DNA of 62,400 bases from a virus. Its lineage: Duplodnaviria > Caudoviricetes. The position numbers were made by a program, and so were the translations under genes. The stretch lies in the IMG/VR virus record IMGVR_UViG_3300049561_000021, positions 1-62,400 of that record; one strand, 5' to 3'. Positions within the stretch are counted from its first letter, which is position 1, and each line of letters starts with the position of its first letter. Positions 16,641 to 26,215 of the stretch are shown here, one piece after another. Under the pieces are notes generated by a model. The model was not told the origin of the DNA. It searched no databases and worked only from the letters and a program-made list of their open reading frames with translations.

Positions 16641-17884
16641 TGGAAGGCTTTTTCACTAAAAAACAAACGGAATCAAAATCACAAACTAAAGGCAAACGTC
16701 TTTCTTGTGAATCCTGTGGTTTATATAAAGACGTACTCACTCCAAGAATGGAGCCTTTCGGTAATTTCAAGAAAAGTATAATGGTTATTGGTGAAGCAGC
16801 CGGAAAAACAGAAGATTTAAGAGGAAAACCTTGGCAAGGGAAAACAGGAAATCTCTTGCAAAGAACTTTTAGAGAATTAGGATTTGACTTATTTGAAGAT
16901 TGTATCAATATAAATGCCTGTAATTGCCGACCAGTAAAACCAGATGATACAAACGCAATACCTACAAATTTTCAAATTGATTGCTGTCGCCAACGTGTAT
17001 TAAAAGCAATCGAACAATACAAGCCTAAACTTATAATTCTTTTAGGTGGATCAGCACTTTATAGCATAATCGGGAATAGATGGAAAAGGGATTTAGATAA
17101 TATTTCAAAATGGAGAGGTTTTACTATTCCTGATCAAGACTTTGATTGTTGGATTTGTCCCACATTCCATCCAAGTTATATTGAAAGATTAGATGATGGA
17201 GTTGAAAATATCATTTGGAAACAAGATTTAAAACAAGCATTTGAAAAATTAAAAAAACCATTTCCTAAATATAAAGAACCTGAAATTGAAATAATTAAAG
17301 ATCTATCTGAATTAGAATATACAAAAATTGGAAGCGTAAAAACTAGATCACAACCTTTTATGATTGCTTTTGATTACGAAACTACAGGATTAAAACCACA
17401 CGCTGAAGGACACAGAATAGTTTGTTGCTCAGTTGCAGATAGTGAAGATCATGTGTATGTTTTTGAAATGCCTAAATCAAGAAGAGAATTAAAACCATTT
17501 ATAAACTTGATAACTAATCCAGAGATAAAAAAAGTTGCTTCAAACATGAAATTTGAACATGTTTGGACTAAAGTGAGATTAGGTGTAGAAGTGAAAGGAT
17601 GGTATTGGGATACAATGGTAGTGGCACATGTTATTGATAATAGACCAAGAATTACAAGTTTAAAATTTCAAACTTATATTACATTTGGTATTGTTGATTA
17701 TGAAAGTGATATATCACTATATTTGAAAGCAAAAGATGAAAAGAACGGAAATTCTATTAATAATATTATGGAATTACTTAATATTCCTGAAAAGAAAGAA
17801 AAACTATTAAAATATAATGGTCTTGATTCAATTTATGAATATAGATTAGCTTTATATCAAGAACAATTAATGTTACCATTTTGA
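16640..17884 (+). CDS. Family-4 uracil-DNA glycosylase fused to a PolA-type 3'-5' exonuclease (N-terminal half of a split polymerase)
   Basis: CESCGL, IGEAAG, CRP, TFHPS; Exo I FDYETTG, Exo II NMKFE, WDTM, Exo III YNGLDS; ends QLMLPF. Confidence 0.88.
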   Translation: MEGFFTKKQTESKSQTKGKRLSCESCGLYKDVLTPRMEPFGNFKKSIMVIGEAAGKTEDLRGKPWQGKTGNLLQRTFRELGFDLFEDCININACNCRPVKPDDTNAIPTNFQIDCCRQRVLKAIEQYKPKLIILLGGSALYSIIGNRWKRDLDNISKWRGFTIPDQDFDCWICPTFHPSYIERLDDGVENIIWKQDLKQAFEKLKKPFPKYKEPEIEIIKDLSELEYTKIGSVKTRSQPFMIAFDYETTGLKPHAEGHRIVCCSVADSEDHVYVFEMPKSRRELKPFINLITNPEIKKVASNMKFEHVWTKVRLGVEVKGWYWDTMVVAHVIDNRPRITSLKFQTYITFGIVDYESDISLYLKAKDEKNGNSINNIMELLNIPEKKEKLLKYNGLDSIYEYRLALYQEQLMLPF

Positions 17885-17894
17885 AAATAAAGAT

Positions 17895-18260
17895 ATGAAA
17901 AAAATTACTTATAAAATGCTAGTAAAAGATGCATATCATAAATTCTCTGAAGAAATTGTAGCTATTGTAGAAGATGCAATTACTGAAGTTGAGCATGTAA
18001 AAGGACTATTAGAATATTTTAATAAAACATTAAAACCAGGTGAAACAAAACGTCACTTAGTTTTGCTAAGAAAAATAAATAATAATAAAGAAGCAAGATT
18101 AGATCATGAATGGAAAAAAGAAAGTTTAGTGACAGAAAAAGGAGGTTATGATAGATATAAATGTTCTAGATGTAAAATTACTGGAAAGCGTTATGGATTA
18201 AGTAATTATATTAAAATAGATAAAAAGTTTGAAAAGAAAGTTTATTGCAAAATACTATGA
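17895..18260 (+). CDS. hypothetical protein (Zn-binding motif)
   Basis: HEWKK...YDRYKCSRCKITGKR. Confidence 0.65.
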   Translation: MKKITYKMLVKDAYHKFSEEIVAIVEDAITEVEHVKGLLEYFNKTLKPGETKRHLVLLRKINNNKEARLDHEWKKESLVTEKGGYDRYKCSRCKITGKRYGLSNYIKIDKKFEKKVYCKIL

Positions 18261-18514
18261 AAAAAGAAATAGAACTTTGGAAATATAAACATAGTAAAGA
18301 AAAATGTGAATATTGCATTTTTCATAGTGCAAGATGTTATTTAAGTATAGAAGCACACTGGTGTCATCTTTCTTTAGCTACTGAATTTAGAGGAACTACT
18401 TTTTTACCAATTTCAAAAATATTAACTGAAAAAGATATAAAAACTAAATGTGAAAATTTTTCTCCAATAATGATAGATACAAGAAAAAAGAAAATTTATT
18501 ATATGTCTAACTAA
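18257..18514 (+). CDS. hypothetical Cys-rich protein
   Basis: CEYC..C..C..CENF; ATGA overlap. Confidence 0.55.
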   Translation: MKKEIELWKYKHSKEKCEYCIFHSARCYLSIEAHWCHLSLATEFRGTTFLPISKILTEKDIKTKCENFSPIMIDTRKKKIYYMSN

Positions 18515-18525
18515 AAACTAAAATT

Positions 18526-19122
18526 ATGAAAAAATTAATCGTACTACTGGGTTTATTTATACTGCCTTTACGATTATTTGCTCCATCGGATTGGATTGTT
18601 CCACTTATGATGCTTCAAAAACAACAGATGGAAAAATATTCGACAGATCAATTAAATGCTTATCTTGACTCTCTTGCAATCCCTGAAAGTGGGAAACCTT
18701 CAAAATATCCTTTAAAGATAAAAGGTATTGTATATAAATCACCTTATCGTATTATTAATTATTCTACAAATGCTGCAGGTAAATGGCAATTAACACCTAT
18801 TGCTAGAAAAGAGATTCGGTATAAAGGTACACTCCAGCAATTTTTAAATTCACCTAAATTACAAAAAAAATGTACGATAGATTTAATGAAACGGATTAAA
18901 ATCTATATTAAATATTATATCCCAAATTATCAAGATTATATTGGAAAAATAGTTAATGGAGTATTAATTACATATTCTGGAATGTTTGGAGCAGCACATA
19001 TTGGAGGTGTTGGAGCATTAAAAGCATTTTTAACTCACGGATATAATGCATCTGACGGGAATCACTCTGTTAAATCGTATATGCAGTTATTTGGAGGTTT
19101 TAATTTTGGATTACTAGTATAA
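18526..19122 (+). CDS. Secreted lysozyme-like / lytic transglycosylase protein
   Basis: N-terminal signal-like hydrophobic segment; ESG, AAGKWQL, AAHIGGVG. Confidence 0.7.
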   Translation: MKKLIVLLGLFILPLRLFAPSDWIVPLMMLQKQQMEKYSTDQLNAYLDSLAIPESGKPSKYPLKIKGIVYKSPYRIINYSTNAAGKWQLTPIARKEIRYKGTLQQFLNSPKLQKKCTIDLMKRIKIYIKYYIPNYQDYIGKIVNGVLITYSGMFGAAHIGGVGALKAFLTHGYNASDGNHSVKSYMQLFGGFNFGLLV

Positions 19123-19141
19123 ACTTTAACATAAATAAGCT

Positions 19142-19336
19142 ATGAGAAAAAATTTAGCTGCTATCTATTTAAGCACTCCATTAATAGTGGGGTTAGTATT
19201 TATTGTTCTTAAATTATTTCATATAATTAGTTGGACGTGGTGGATAGTAACAATTCCATTTTGGGGCACATTTCTATTAGTTTTAATTGTTTTTGCAATT
19301 ATTGGATTTGCATTATTATTTGGTCCAGAATGGTGA
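19142..19336 (+). CDS. two-TM membrane protein
   Basis: FIVLKLFHIISWTWWIVTIPFW. Confidence 0.7.
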   Translation: MRKNLAAIYLSTPLIVGLVFIVLKLFHIISWTWWIVTIPFWGTFLLVLIVFAIIGFALLFGPEW

Positions 19337-21855
19337 CATATAATCTTAATTGTAACGAAGCTTACGAGCTAATGCACAAAGGTATTCTTGCTTTTGCAGA
19401 TGCTGAAATGCAAGGTATTCATATTGATGTAGATTATATTCAAAAAAAGAAAGTTGCATTAGATCGTAAAAAGATTCGTCTTGAAAATAAATTTAAAGAG
19501 ACATCTTTTTACAGAGAATGGGAAAAGTCACAGTCGGGTAAAGTTAATATTTATTCTGGTGAGCAACTTGGAAATTTTCTGTATAATGTTAAAAAGATAA
19601 AACCATTAAAATTAACTTCAGGTGGAAAAAAAGGTGAGAATAAAAAAGGTTCAACAGATGAAGAAGCACTAAAGAAACTAGATATTCCTGAATTATCATT
19701 TTATGAAGAGTATAAAAAGGTAAAAAAGTCACTTGATGTGCTAAGTGGTTTTGAACGTGAACAAGTAGATGAGTATATGCATACTTTTTTTAATCTTCAT
19801 TTAGCACGTACATATCGTTCCTGTATTTCAAAAGGAACTCCTATTCTTGCTGTAAGAGATTTCTTAAAATATCCAAATGGAATACCTATTGAAGAAATAA
19901 AAGAGGGAGATTATGTTTATTGTTTTGATAATAATCTTAATCCGGCTATTCAAAAAGTATTATGGGCAGGAAAAACAGGACATAGAGAAGTTATTAGAAT
20001 TCATTATTCTGTAACAGGTAGTCATAAAAGTTTTATAGATGTTACACCTGAGCATAAAATAAGACTTATTGATGGTTCTTATGTTCAAGCACAAAATTTA
20101 GTTGGTGATTTTCGATCAGAAACAGATGACTATCATTTACCTAAAATAAGAACATTATCTTGCAAAAGAAGAGGAGATGCTTTAAACTTTACTGGACATT
20201 TAACAAATGGAACAGGTATTTTAGAACATAGGTTTATCTATTCACAATTGATTGGAAAATTATTAGAAGAAGAACTCGTACATCATAAAAATGAAATTCA
20301 TTTGGATCACATACCTTCTAATCTTGAAAAAATGTCTTCTTCTAAACATGCTTTATATCATGTAAAAAATACATTATTAACAAAAAAGTCAAGAGAAAAT
20401 AATAAACAAGCTATACAAAAAGCAAAAGAAGCAGGAGTCTATAAAAATTGTCACCCGAAAGGTAAAGATAGTCCAAATTATTTAGGTTTATCTAAATTTA
20501 CTTGTCTTCGACTTCTTTGTGAAAAGAAAGGAGAATATTCAAAAGTAAATTACGATTTTGATACATTTAAAAAATATTTACGACTTCATGAGATTGATCC
20601 TAAAATAATTAAATTAAGATTTGATCTTAATGGAAAATATATTTGGAAATCATATTTACAAAAGATTTCAATTTTAGGAAGAGCAAAAGTAGAAAAGCTT
20701 TTAGGAGGGTATAATTATTATCATTTACTCAAATTGTATGAATTATATGGAATTAATCCTAAAAGAAAATGGGCAAATCATATTATAACAAAAATTGAAT
20801 GGATTAAAAAAACTGTTGATGTATATGATATAGAAGTAGAAAAATATCATAATTTCTTTGCAAATGAAATTTGTGTTCATAACTCATCAAATTCACCTAA
20901 CTTTCAAAATATTCCCATTAGAGATGAAGAAATGCAAGAAATTTGTAGGAGTGCTATTATACCACGTCCTGGACATCAGTTATTAGAGGGGGACTACGGA
21001 CAGTTAGAGGTCAGAATAAGTGCATGCTACAATAATGATAAAAAATTAATCCATGATATTTTACATGGTGATATGCATTCCGATATGGCTAAGGAAATAT
21101 TTAAACTTGATTCAATTGATAAAAAAATACCAGGTCAAGCTATTTTACGACAAGCAGCTAAGAATGGGTTTATATTTCCAGAATTTTATGGGGACTATTA
21201 TAAAAATTGCTCAGAGAACATTGCAGATTGGGCAAAATTACCTCAAGGTAAATGGAAGTCAGGACAAGGCATTATAATTGATGAATTAGGTAAACCTTTC
21301 AAACCATACTATATTTCTGACCATTTAATAAGTAAAGGTATAAAAGAATTTGGAGAAATAAAGAAAGTAGATGGTAGAACTATTGTTACTGGATTTATTA
21401 AGCATATTCAAGATATTGAAAATAAATTCTGGAATAAACGCTATTATGAATATAAACAATGGAAAGATAATTTTTATGAAGAATATCTGAAGAAAGGCTA
21501 TATTGATTCAAAAACAGGATTTAGATTTTCTGGAGTAATGTCTTTTAACGACGTTGTAAATTACCCTATTCAAGGTGCAGCATTTCATTGCTTATTATGG
21601 TCATTTATTGAAATGAGTAAATTTATTAAAGAAAATAATCTTGATTCCAAATTAATTGGACAGATTCATGATAGTATTTTAATAGATACACATCCAGATG
21701 AACTTGAAATAATTGCAAAAAAATTAATTGAAATTACAACAGTAAAATTGCTTGAAGAATGGAAATGGATAATTTTACCATTGGAAATTGATATTGCAGT
21801 TTGTGGTGTAGATGAACCTTGGTTGAAAAAAGAAAAATATAAATTAAACAATTAA
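19330..21855 (+). CDS. polA: Family A DNA polymerase, polymerase domain only, containing an intein
   Basis: STDEEAL, SSNSPNFQNIP, motif A DYGQLEVR, motif B RQAAKNGFIFPEFYG, NYPIQG, motif C QIHDS; start taken at ATG 19330. Confidence 0.93.
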   Translation: MVTYNLNCNEAYELMHKGILAFADAEMQGIHIDVDYIQKKKVALDRKKIRLENKFKETSFYREWEKSQSGKVNIYSGEQLGNFLYNVKKIKPLKLTSGGKKGENKKGSTDEEALKKLDIPELSFYEEYKKVKKSLDVLSGFEREQVDEYMHTFFNLHLARTYRSCISKGTPILAVRDFLKYPNGIPIEEIKEGDYVYCFDNNLNPAIQKVLWAGKTGHREVIRIHYSVTGSHKSFIDVTPEHKIRLIDGSYVQAQNLVGDFRSETDDYHLPKIRTLSCKRRGDALNFTGHLTNGTGILEHRFIYSQLIGKLLEEELVHHKNEIHLDHIPSNLEKMSSSKHALYHVKNTLLTKKSRENNKQAIQKAKEAGVYKNCHPKGKDSPNYLGLSKFTCLRLLCEKKGEYSKVNYDFDTFKKYLRLHEIDPKIIKLRFDLNGKYIWKSYLQKISILGRAKVEKLLGGYNYYHLLKLYELYGINPKRKWANHIITKIEWIKKTVDVYDIEVEKYHNFFANEICVHNSSNSPNFQNIPIRDEEMQEICRSAIIPRPGHQLLEGDYGQLEVRISACYNNDKKLIHDILHGDMHSDMAKEIFKLDSIDKKIPGQAILRQAAKNGFIFPEFYGDYYKNCSENIADWAKLPQGKWKSGQGIIIDELGKPFKPYYISDHLISKGIKEFGEIKKVDGRTIVTGFIKHIQDIENKFWNKRYYEYKQWKDNFYEEYLKKGYIDSKTGFRFSGVMSFNDVVNYPIQGAAFHCLLWSFIEMSKFIKENNLDSKLIGQIHDSILIDTHPDELEIIAKKLIEITTVKLLEEWKWIILPLEIDIAVCGVDEPWLKKEKYKLNN
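19822..20883 (+). mobile_element. Intein (354 aa) with HNH homing endonuclease
   Basis: RTYRS|CISKGT...VTPEH...EHRFI..VHHKNE..SNLE..H...VYDIEV..HNFFAN..VHN|SSNSPN. Confidence 0.93.
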
Positions 21856-21869
21856 AATAATCCATTATT

Positions 21870-22781
21870 ATGAGTCTATATCTTAAATATCGTCCAACTA
21901 CACTTGAGCAAGTAAAAGGTAATGAAGATGTGATTACTTCATTAACTTGTATGCTTAGTAATAAACAAACTTGCCCACATGTATTTCTATTTCATGGATT
22001 ATCTGGATGTGGTAAAACTACACTTGGACGGATTGTTGCAAATATGCTTGGATGTAGTGAAGATGATTATATTGAAAAAAATTCATCTGACTTTAGAGGA
22101 ATTGACACAATAAGAGAATTAATAAGGAATGTTTCTTACAAACCTATAAATGGATCTTGTAGAGTAATTTTATTGGATGAAATTCATATGCTAACACGAG
22201 AAGCAATGAATGCTTCATTAAAGTTATTTGAAGATACACCTAGTCATATTTATTTTATATTATGCACTACACAACCCGATAAACTGATCAAAGAAATTCA
22301 CGGACGATGCCAGAAATTTCAGGTAAAACCTTTAAATGATAATCAACTAACAGCATTGTTAAGAAAAGTAGTTAGAGAAGAAAATCAAACATTAGAAAAA
22401 GATATCTATGCTCAAATTGTTCAAGATAGTTTTGGTCAACCTAGAAATGCGCTTCAAATATTAGAACAAGTACTCAATATCCCAGAAAATCGAAGATTAG
22501 AAGCAGCAAAACAAGTTGCGGAACAACAATCACAAACCATTGAGCTTTGTCGTTCATTGATTAAAGGTGGTAGGTGGAAAGAAATTTCAATAATTTTAAA
22601 AGGATTGAAAGATCAAGATCCAGAAAGTATACGTAGACAAGTATTAGGTTATTTCCAGGCAGTATTATTAAATGATGATAACCCAAAAGCAGGATTAATT
22701 ATGGAAAGATTTGCTGATCCTTTTTATAATAATGGATTTGCGGACTTAGTACTAAATTGTTATATAATCATTAAATCTTAA
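21870..22781 (+). CDS. dnaX: Clamp loader ATPase (DnaX/RFC-like)
   Basis: KYRP, GLSGCGKTT, LLDEIH, CTT, GRC, PRNAL. Confidence 0.92.
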   Translation: MSLYLKYRPTTLEQVKGNEDVITSLTCMLSNKQTCPHVFLFHGLSGCGKTTLGRIVANMLGCSEDDYIEKNSSDFRGIDTIRELIRNVSYKPINGSCRVILLDEIHMLTREAMNASLKLFEDTPSHIYFILCTTQPDKLIKEIHGRCQKFQVKPLNDNQLTALLRKVVREENQTLEKDIYAQIVQDSFGQPRNALQILEQVLNIPENRRLEAAKQVAEQQSQTIELCRSLIKGGRWKEISIILKGLKDQDPESIRRQVLGYFQAVLLNDDNPKAGLIMERFADPFYNNGFADLVLNCYIIIKS

Positions 22782-22963
22782 AAATTATGTTTAAAAAATT
22801 ATTCTGTAATCATCAATGGAAAACGCATGCTTCTAGAGAAGTTAAACAAGAAAAAGAACTAACAAATGGAGCTAAACAAAGCAGAGAAATTACACGAGAA
22901 ATATTAATTTGCACAGTATGCGGTAAAATAAAAATAATTGAATATTAAATCTTAAAAATTATG
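22770..22963 (+). repeat. 20-bp perfect direct repeats flanking the 53-aa gene
   Basis: attaaatcttaaaaattatg at 22770-22789 and 22944-22963. Confidence 0.85.
22787..22948 (+). CDS. 53-aa Zn-ribbon protein (absent from the ORF track)
   Basis: MFKKLFCNHQW...ICTVCGKIK*. Confidence 0.7.
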   Translation: MFKKLFCNHQWKTHASREVKQEKELTNGAKQSREITREILICTVCGKIKIIEY

Positions 22964-23093
22964 AAAAAAATTAAAAAGGGTGCATTCCTTAGAATAAAGG
23001 TATTAAGATGCCTTTACAAGTTGGTTTAAAAATAGCTGAAGCTAATAAAAAAAGAAGATTAAATAAAAGTATAAACTTTAAAAACAAAAACGT

Positions 23094-23585
23094 ATGAATT
23101 ATGAAAATGACATTAGAATAGATGATCAAGCATTAGATGTTGAGTGGTTAGGACAAGCAGAATTGACTTTCAAATACTGTAAGCATGTTGCAGATATGGA
23201 AAGGGCAATGGATAAGGCTAAAGAATATCTTGATTTAACAAGAGCAGAAGTAGACAAAGATGTTCGTGAAAATCCTTCAAAGTATAAAATTGGTGATATT
23301 AAAATTACGGAAGCTGTTGTAACAAGTGCAATTCTTCAATCAGATGTGTATAAAAATGCTTATAGTGAATATTTAGATGCAAAATTTGAATTTGGAGTTG
23401 CAAAAGGTGCAGAAAAAGCATTCCAAGATAGAAAAAAAGCTCTTGAAAATCTTGTTACATTATTTGGACAGAATTATTTTGCAGGACCTTCCATGCCACG
23501 TAATTTGAGTAATGAACGTACTAAGAAAAAAGTAGAAGATAAAGAATTAAATAGTAAAATTCAACGTCGAATTAATAAAAAGTAA
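23094..23585 (+). CDS. UvsY-like recombination mediator (coiled coil)
   Basis: ID..LD.E..Q, KITEA, AFQDRK..LE.L..L; sits next to SSB and RecA genes. Confidence 0.6.
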   Translation: MNYENDIRIDDQALDVEWLGQAELTFKYCKHVADMERAMDKAKEYLDLTRAEVDKDVRENPSKYKIGDIKITEAVVTSAILQSDVYKNAYSEYLDAKFEFGVAKGAEKAFQDRKKALENLVTLFGQNYFAGPSMPRNLSNERTKKKVEDKELNSKIQRRINKK

Positions 23586-23588
23586 ATT

Positions 23589-24821
23589 ATGAAGCCAAAA
23601 AAAGAAAGTTTTTTTAAAGGAAAAATTAGAGAAAACTCTAAGAAAAAAGTTTATGGTTCTAGTGGAGGAACATCATATTTAACACTACCAAATGGTATTT
23701 CTCTTCTTATATTTGAGGAAGAGGTAAAAAAAGTTCAAATGGACTTTTTACCTTACATTGTAACAGATTCAAATCATCCTGATAAAGATGAAACGTATGA
23801 AGTTGCAATGAAAGGTGGACAATGGTATCGTAGGCCATTTTTACTTCACAGAAGTATAGGTGCAGGAAATAAAAGTTATATTTGTCCACAATCTATCGGG
23901 AAAAAATGCCCAATTTGCGAAGCACAAGCAGGAATGTGGGATACAGATAGAGACGGGGCAGTTGCACTTTATCCAAAACCAAGATATTTGTATATTCCCA
24001 TTCCTCTTGATTCAAAAAAGCATGAGCCAGAACCTGTATATATTTGGGATATGGCAGAATCACTTTTTCACGATACTTTAAAAGAAGCTCTAGAAGAAGA
24101 CGATGACAATGAATCCTTCCCAGATTTAGAATATGGAAAAACTCTTGAACTAACATTTAAGTGGAAACAAATTGGTGAAGGTAGACCTTTCCCAGAAACT
24201 CGCCATATTAAATTTATTGATAGAGATCCTTATGATGAAGATCTGTTAGAGGAAGTTCCTAATCTTGATGAAATTATTAAGGATAGTGTTCTTTCTTATG
24301 AAGAGTTAAAAGCTGCTTTTTTTGAAACGGATGTCGAAAATGAAGGAGGTGAATTAGAAGAAGAGGAAGAGGAAAAAGAAACTAAAAGATCTTCCACAAG
24401 AAGAACAAGACCAAGTAGAAAAGATGAAGAGGAAAAAGATGAAGATGAACCAGAAGAAAAACCAAAGAAAGTTCAATCTAGGACAGAAATGACCCCTGCT
24501 AAAAAAGTAGTTTCAAGACCTACTCGAAATGCAAAACCAAAAGAAGAAGAACCTGAGGAAGAAGAAATTGATATTCCAATAAAAGAACGCTGCATTGCTT
24601 GTAAAGGAACTGGAAAAGATTCTAGAGGTCATGAATGTCCAATTTGTAATGGAACGGGAAGAAAGCCTATTAAAAAAGTCTCAGAAAAGCCAAAAGGTGA
24701 TGATGATTGTCCATCTGGGTATGAATTTGGAAAAGATCATGCTACGCAAGACGAATGTGATGACTGCGATCTTTGGAATGAATGCTTAGAGGCAAAAAGC
24801 AAATTAAAACATAAAAAATAA
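23589..24821 (+). CDS. Putative ssDNA-binding protein (gp32-like) with acidic linker and C-terminal Zn fingers
   Basis: LHRSIG...ICP...KCPICE; long D/E tract; CIACKGTG...CPICNGTG; terminal Cys cluster. Confidence 0.6.
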   Translation: MKPKKESFFKGKIRENSKKKVYGSSGGTSYLTLPNGISLLIFEEEVKKVQMDFLPYIVTDSNHPDKDETYEVAMKGGQWYRRPFLLHRSIGAGNKSYICPQSIGKKCPICEAQAGMWDTDRDGAVALYPKPRYLYIPIPLDSKKHEPEPVYIWDMAESLFHDTLKEALEEDDDNESFPDLEYGKTLELTFKWKQIGEGRPFPETRHIKFIDRDPYDEDLLEEVPNLDEIIKDSVLSYEELKAAFFETDVENEGGELEEEEEEKETKRSSTRRTRPSRKDEEEKDEDEPEEKPKKVQSRTEMTPAKKVVSRPTRNAKPKEEEPEEEEIDIPIKERCIACKGTGKDSRGHECPICNGTGRKPIKKVSEKPKGDDDCPSGYEFGKDHATQDECDDCDLWNECLEAKSKLKHKK

Positions 24822-24827
24822 TAGGTT

Positions 24828-25169
24828 GTGCCTATACTAAAAAATAGTAAAACTTTATCGAGAGACCTTTGGGTTAAATTTTCTTGTGACACATACACGT
24901 ATCTTGCATTATATTCTGTCGCAAAAGGTATACCCAAAGGCACTCTTATTCGTTCTGAGATAGAAAAATGGCAAAAATCTCAGAAAGATTCTGAATGGAT
25001 TTTGTTAAGAGAAATTACAAATAAGGTAGATAGAGAATGGCATAAACTTCTTGACAGAAATCCTAGGGCGGTATTAAAAGAGTTTAAAAAAGCTATAACA
25101 GTTGAGCTTAAGAGAAAAAGTTTAACACATACACAAATTATTTTAATTCTAAAAGAAATTACCTTATGA
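24828..25169 (+). CDS. hypothetical protein (RHH-like N-terminus)
   Basis: GTG start, 113 aa, overlaps recA start. Confidence 0.55.
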   Translation: MPILKNSKTLSRDLWVKFSCDTYTYLALYSVAKGIPKGTLIRSEIEKWQKSQKDSEWILLREITNKVDREWHKLLDRNPRAVLKEFKKAITVELKRKSLTHTQIILILKEITL

Positions 25170-26215
25170 AACGAGTAGTAGCATCATTAAGTAGGCAAGT
25201 AAAACGGCATGTTAATAAAATTGTAGAGGAAGAAGACGAATTTAAAGGTAATTTTGAAACAGTAATTTCTACAGGTTCAACTCTACTTGATCTTGCAATT
25301 TCAGGTGGGCGTGTTAGAGGTGGTGGTGTACCTGGTGGGATATTTATGGAAATCTTCGGCCCAAATAGTTCAGGAAAATCTGTATTGTTAAGTGAAATGG
25401 CAGGAGATGTTTTACGTAAAGAAGGGGATGTTCGTTTTGATGATCCAGAAGCTTGTTTAAATGCACAATTTGCTAAAATATTTGACTTAGATATTACCAA
25501 AATAAAATATGATACTCCTGATACGGTAACGCAAGTTTTTGAAAATATCAGAAATTGGGAACCAAAAGGTACGGGAAAAATTCACGGAACATTTACAGAT
25601 TCACTTGCTGCACTTTCTACAGATTTAGAAATGGAAACGGATGATGGTGATAAAAGAGGGAGTAGGCGAGCAAAAGAATTCAGTGAAGGATTTCGAAAAA
25701 ATGCACGAATATTAAAACAAAAAAATTATTTAATGGTTGGGAGCAATCAAGTGCGAGAAAATCAAGATGCTGTAAATAAGTATAGCCCAAAATATATTTC
25801 TACAGGAGGATTTGCTATTGGTTTTTATGCTTCAATTAGATTACGCGCAAACAATCCTGAAAAAATAGTTAAAGAAATAACATACAAAGGACAAAAGATA
25901 AAACAAGCAATAGGTGTAGAAACAGAATTTGAAGTATTTAAAAATAAAGTTTGGACTCCTTATCGAAAAGCACCTTTATATATTCTTTGGGATTATGGAA
26001 TAGATGATATTAGATCAAATTTAACGTATCTTAAAAAATGGACACAAACTACAGGATATTTTCTTAATGGAGTTAAATTAGAAAGATCACTTGATGAATC
26101 TATAAAAATAGTTGAAAGTGATTCTAAAATGATTAAAGATTTAAGAAATGAAGTAATTAATCTTTGGGAGGAAATTGATTATAAATTTGCTAGTAACCGT
26201 AAAAAAGTAAGATGA
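25166..26215 (+). CDS. recA: RecA/UvsX recombinase
   Basis: ISTGSTLLD, EIFGPNSSGKS, DSLAAL, NQVR, GGFAIGFYASIR, KNKV. Confidence 0.95.
   Translation: MKRVVASLSRQVKRHVNKIVEEEDEFKGNFETVISTGSTLLDLAISGGRVRGGGVPGGIFMEIFGPNSSGKSVLLSEMAGDVLRKEGDVRFDDPEACLNAQFAKIFDLDITKIKYDTPDTVTQVFENIRNWEPKGTGKIHGTFTDSLAALSTDLEMETDDGDKRGSRRAKEFSEGFRKNARILKQKNYLMVGSNQVRENQDAVNKYSPKYISTGGFAIGFYASIRLRANNPEKIVKEITYKGQKIKQAIGVETEFEVFKNKVWTPYRKAPLYILWDYGIDDIRSNLTYLKKWTQTTGYFLNGVKLERSLDESIKIVESDSKMIKDLRNEVINLWEEIDYKFASNRKKVR

Noticed and set aside
15061-16654. Shared GFF motif in the DpdA-like protein (TIGFF) and at the UDG-exonuclease N-terminus (MEGFF) as a clamp-docking signal
   Set aside because: Three residues are too few to distinguish from chance without homologue alignments.
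19231-19329. 33-aa N-terminal extension of the polymerase in the ORF track
   Set aside because: It overlaps the 19142..19336 membrane gene; ATG 19330 is the more plausible start.
17885-19329. Group I/II intron joining the two polymerase halves
   Set aside because: The interval is filled with four ordinary ORFs, with no recognisable intron core or maturase.
22961-23029. 22-codon ORF MKKIKKGAFL... after the second direct repeat
   Set aside because: Too short and without recognisable motifs; it may be a remnant but cannot be supported.
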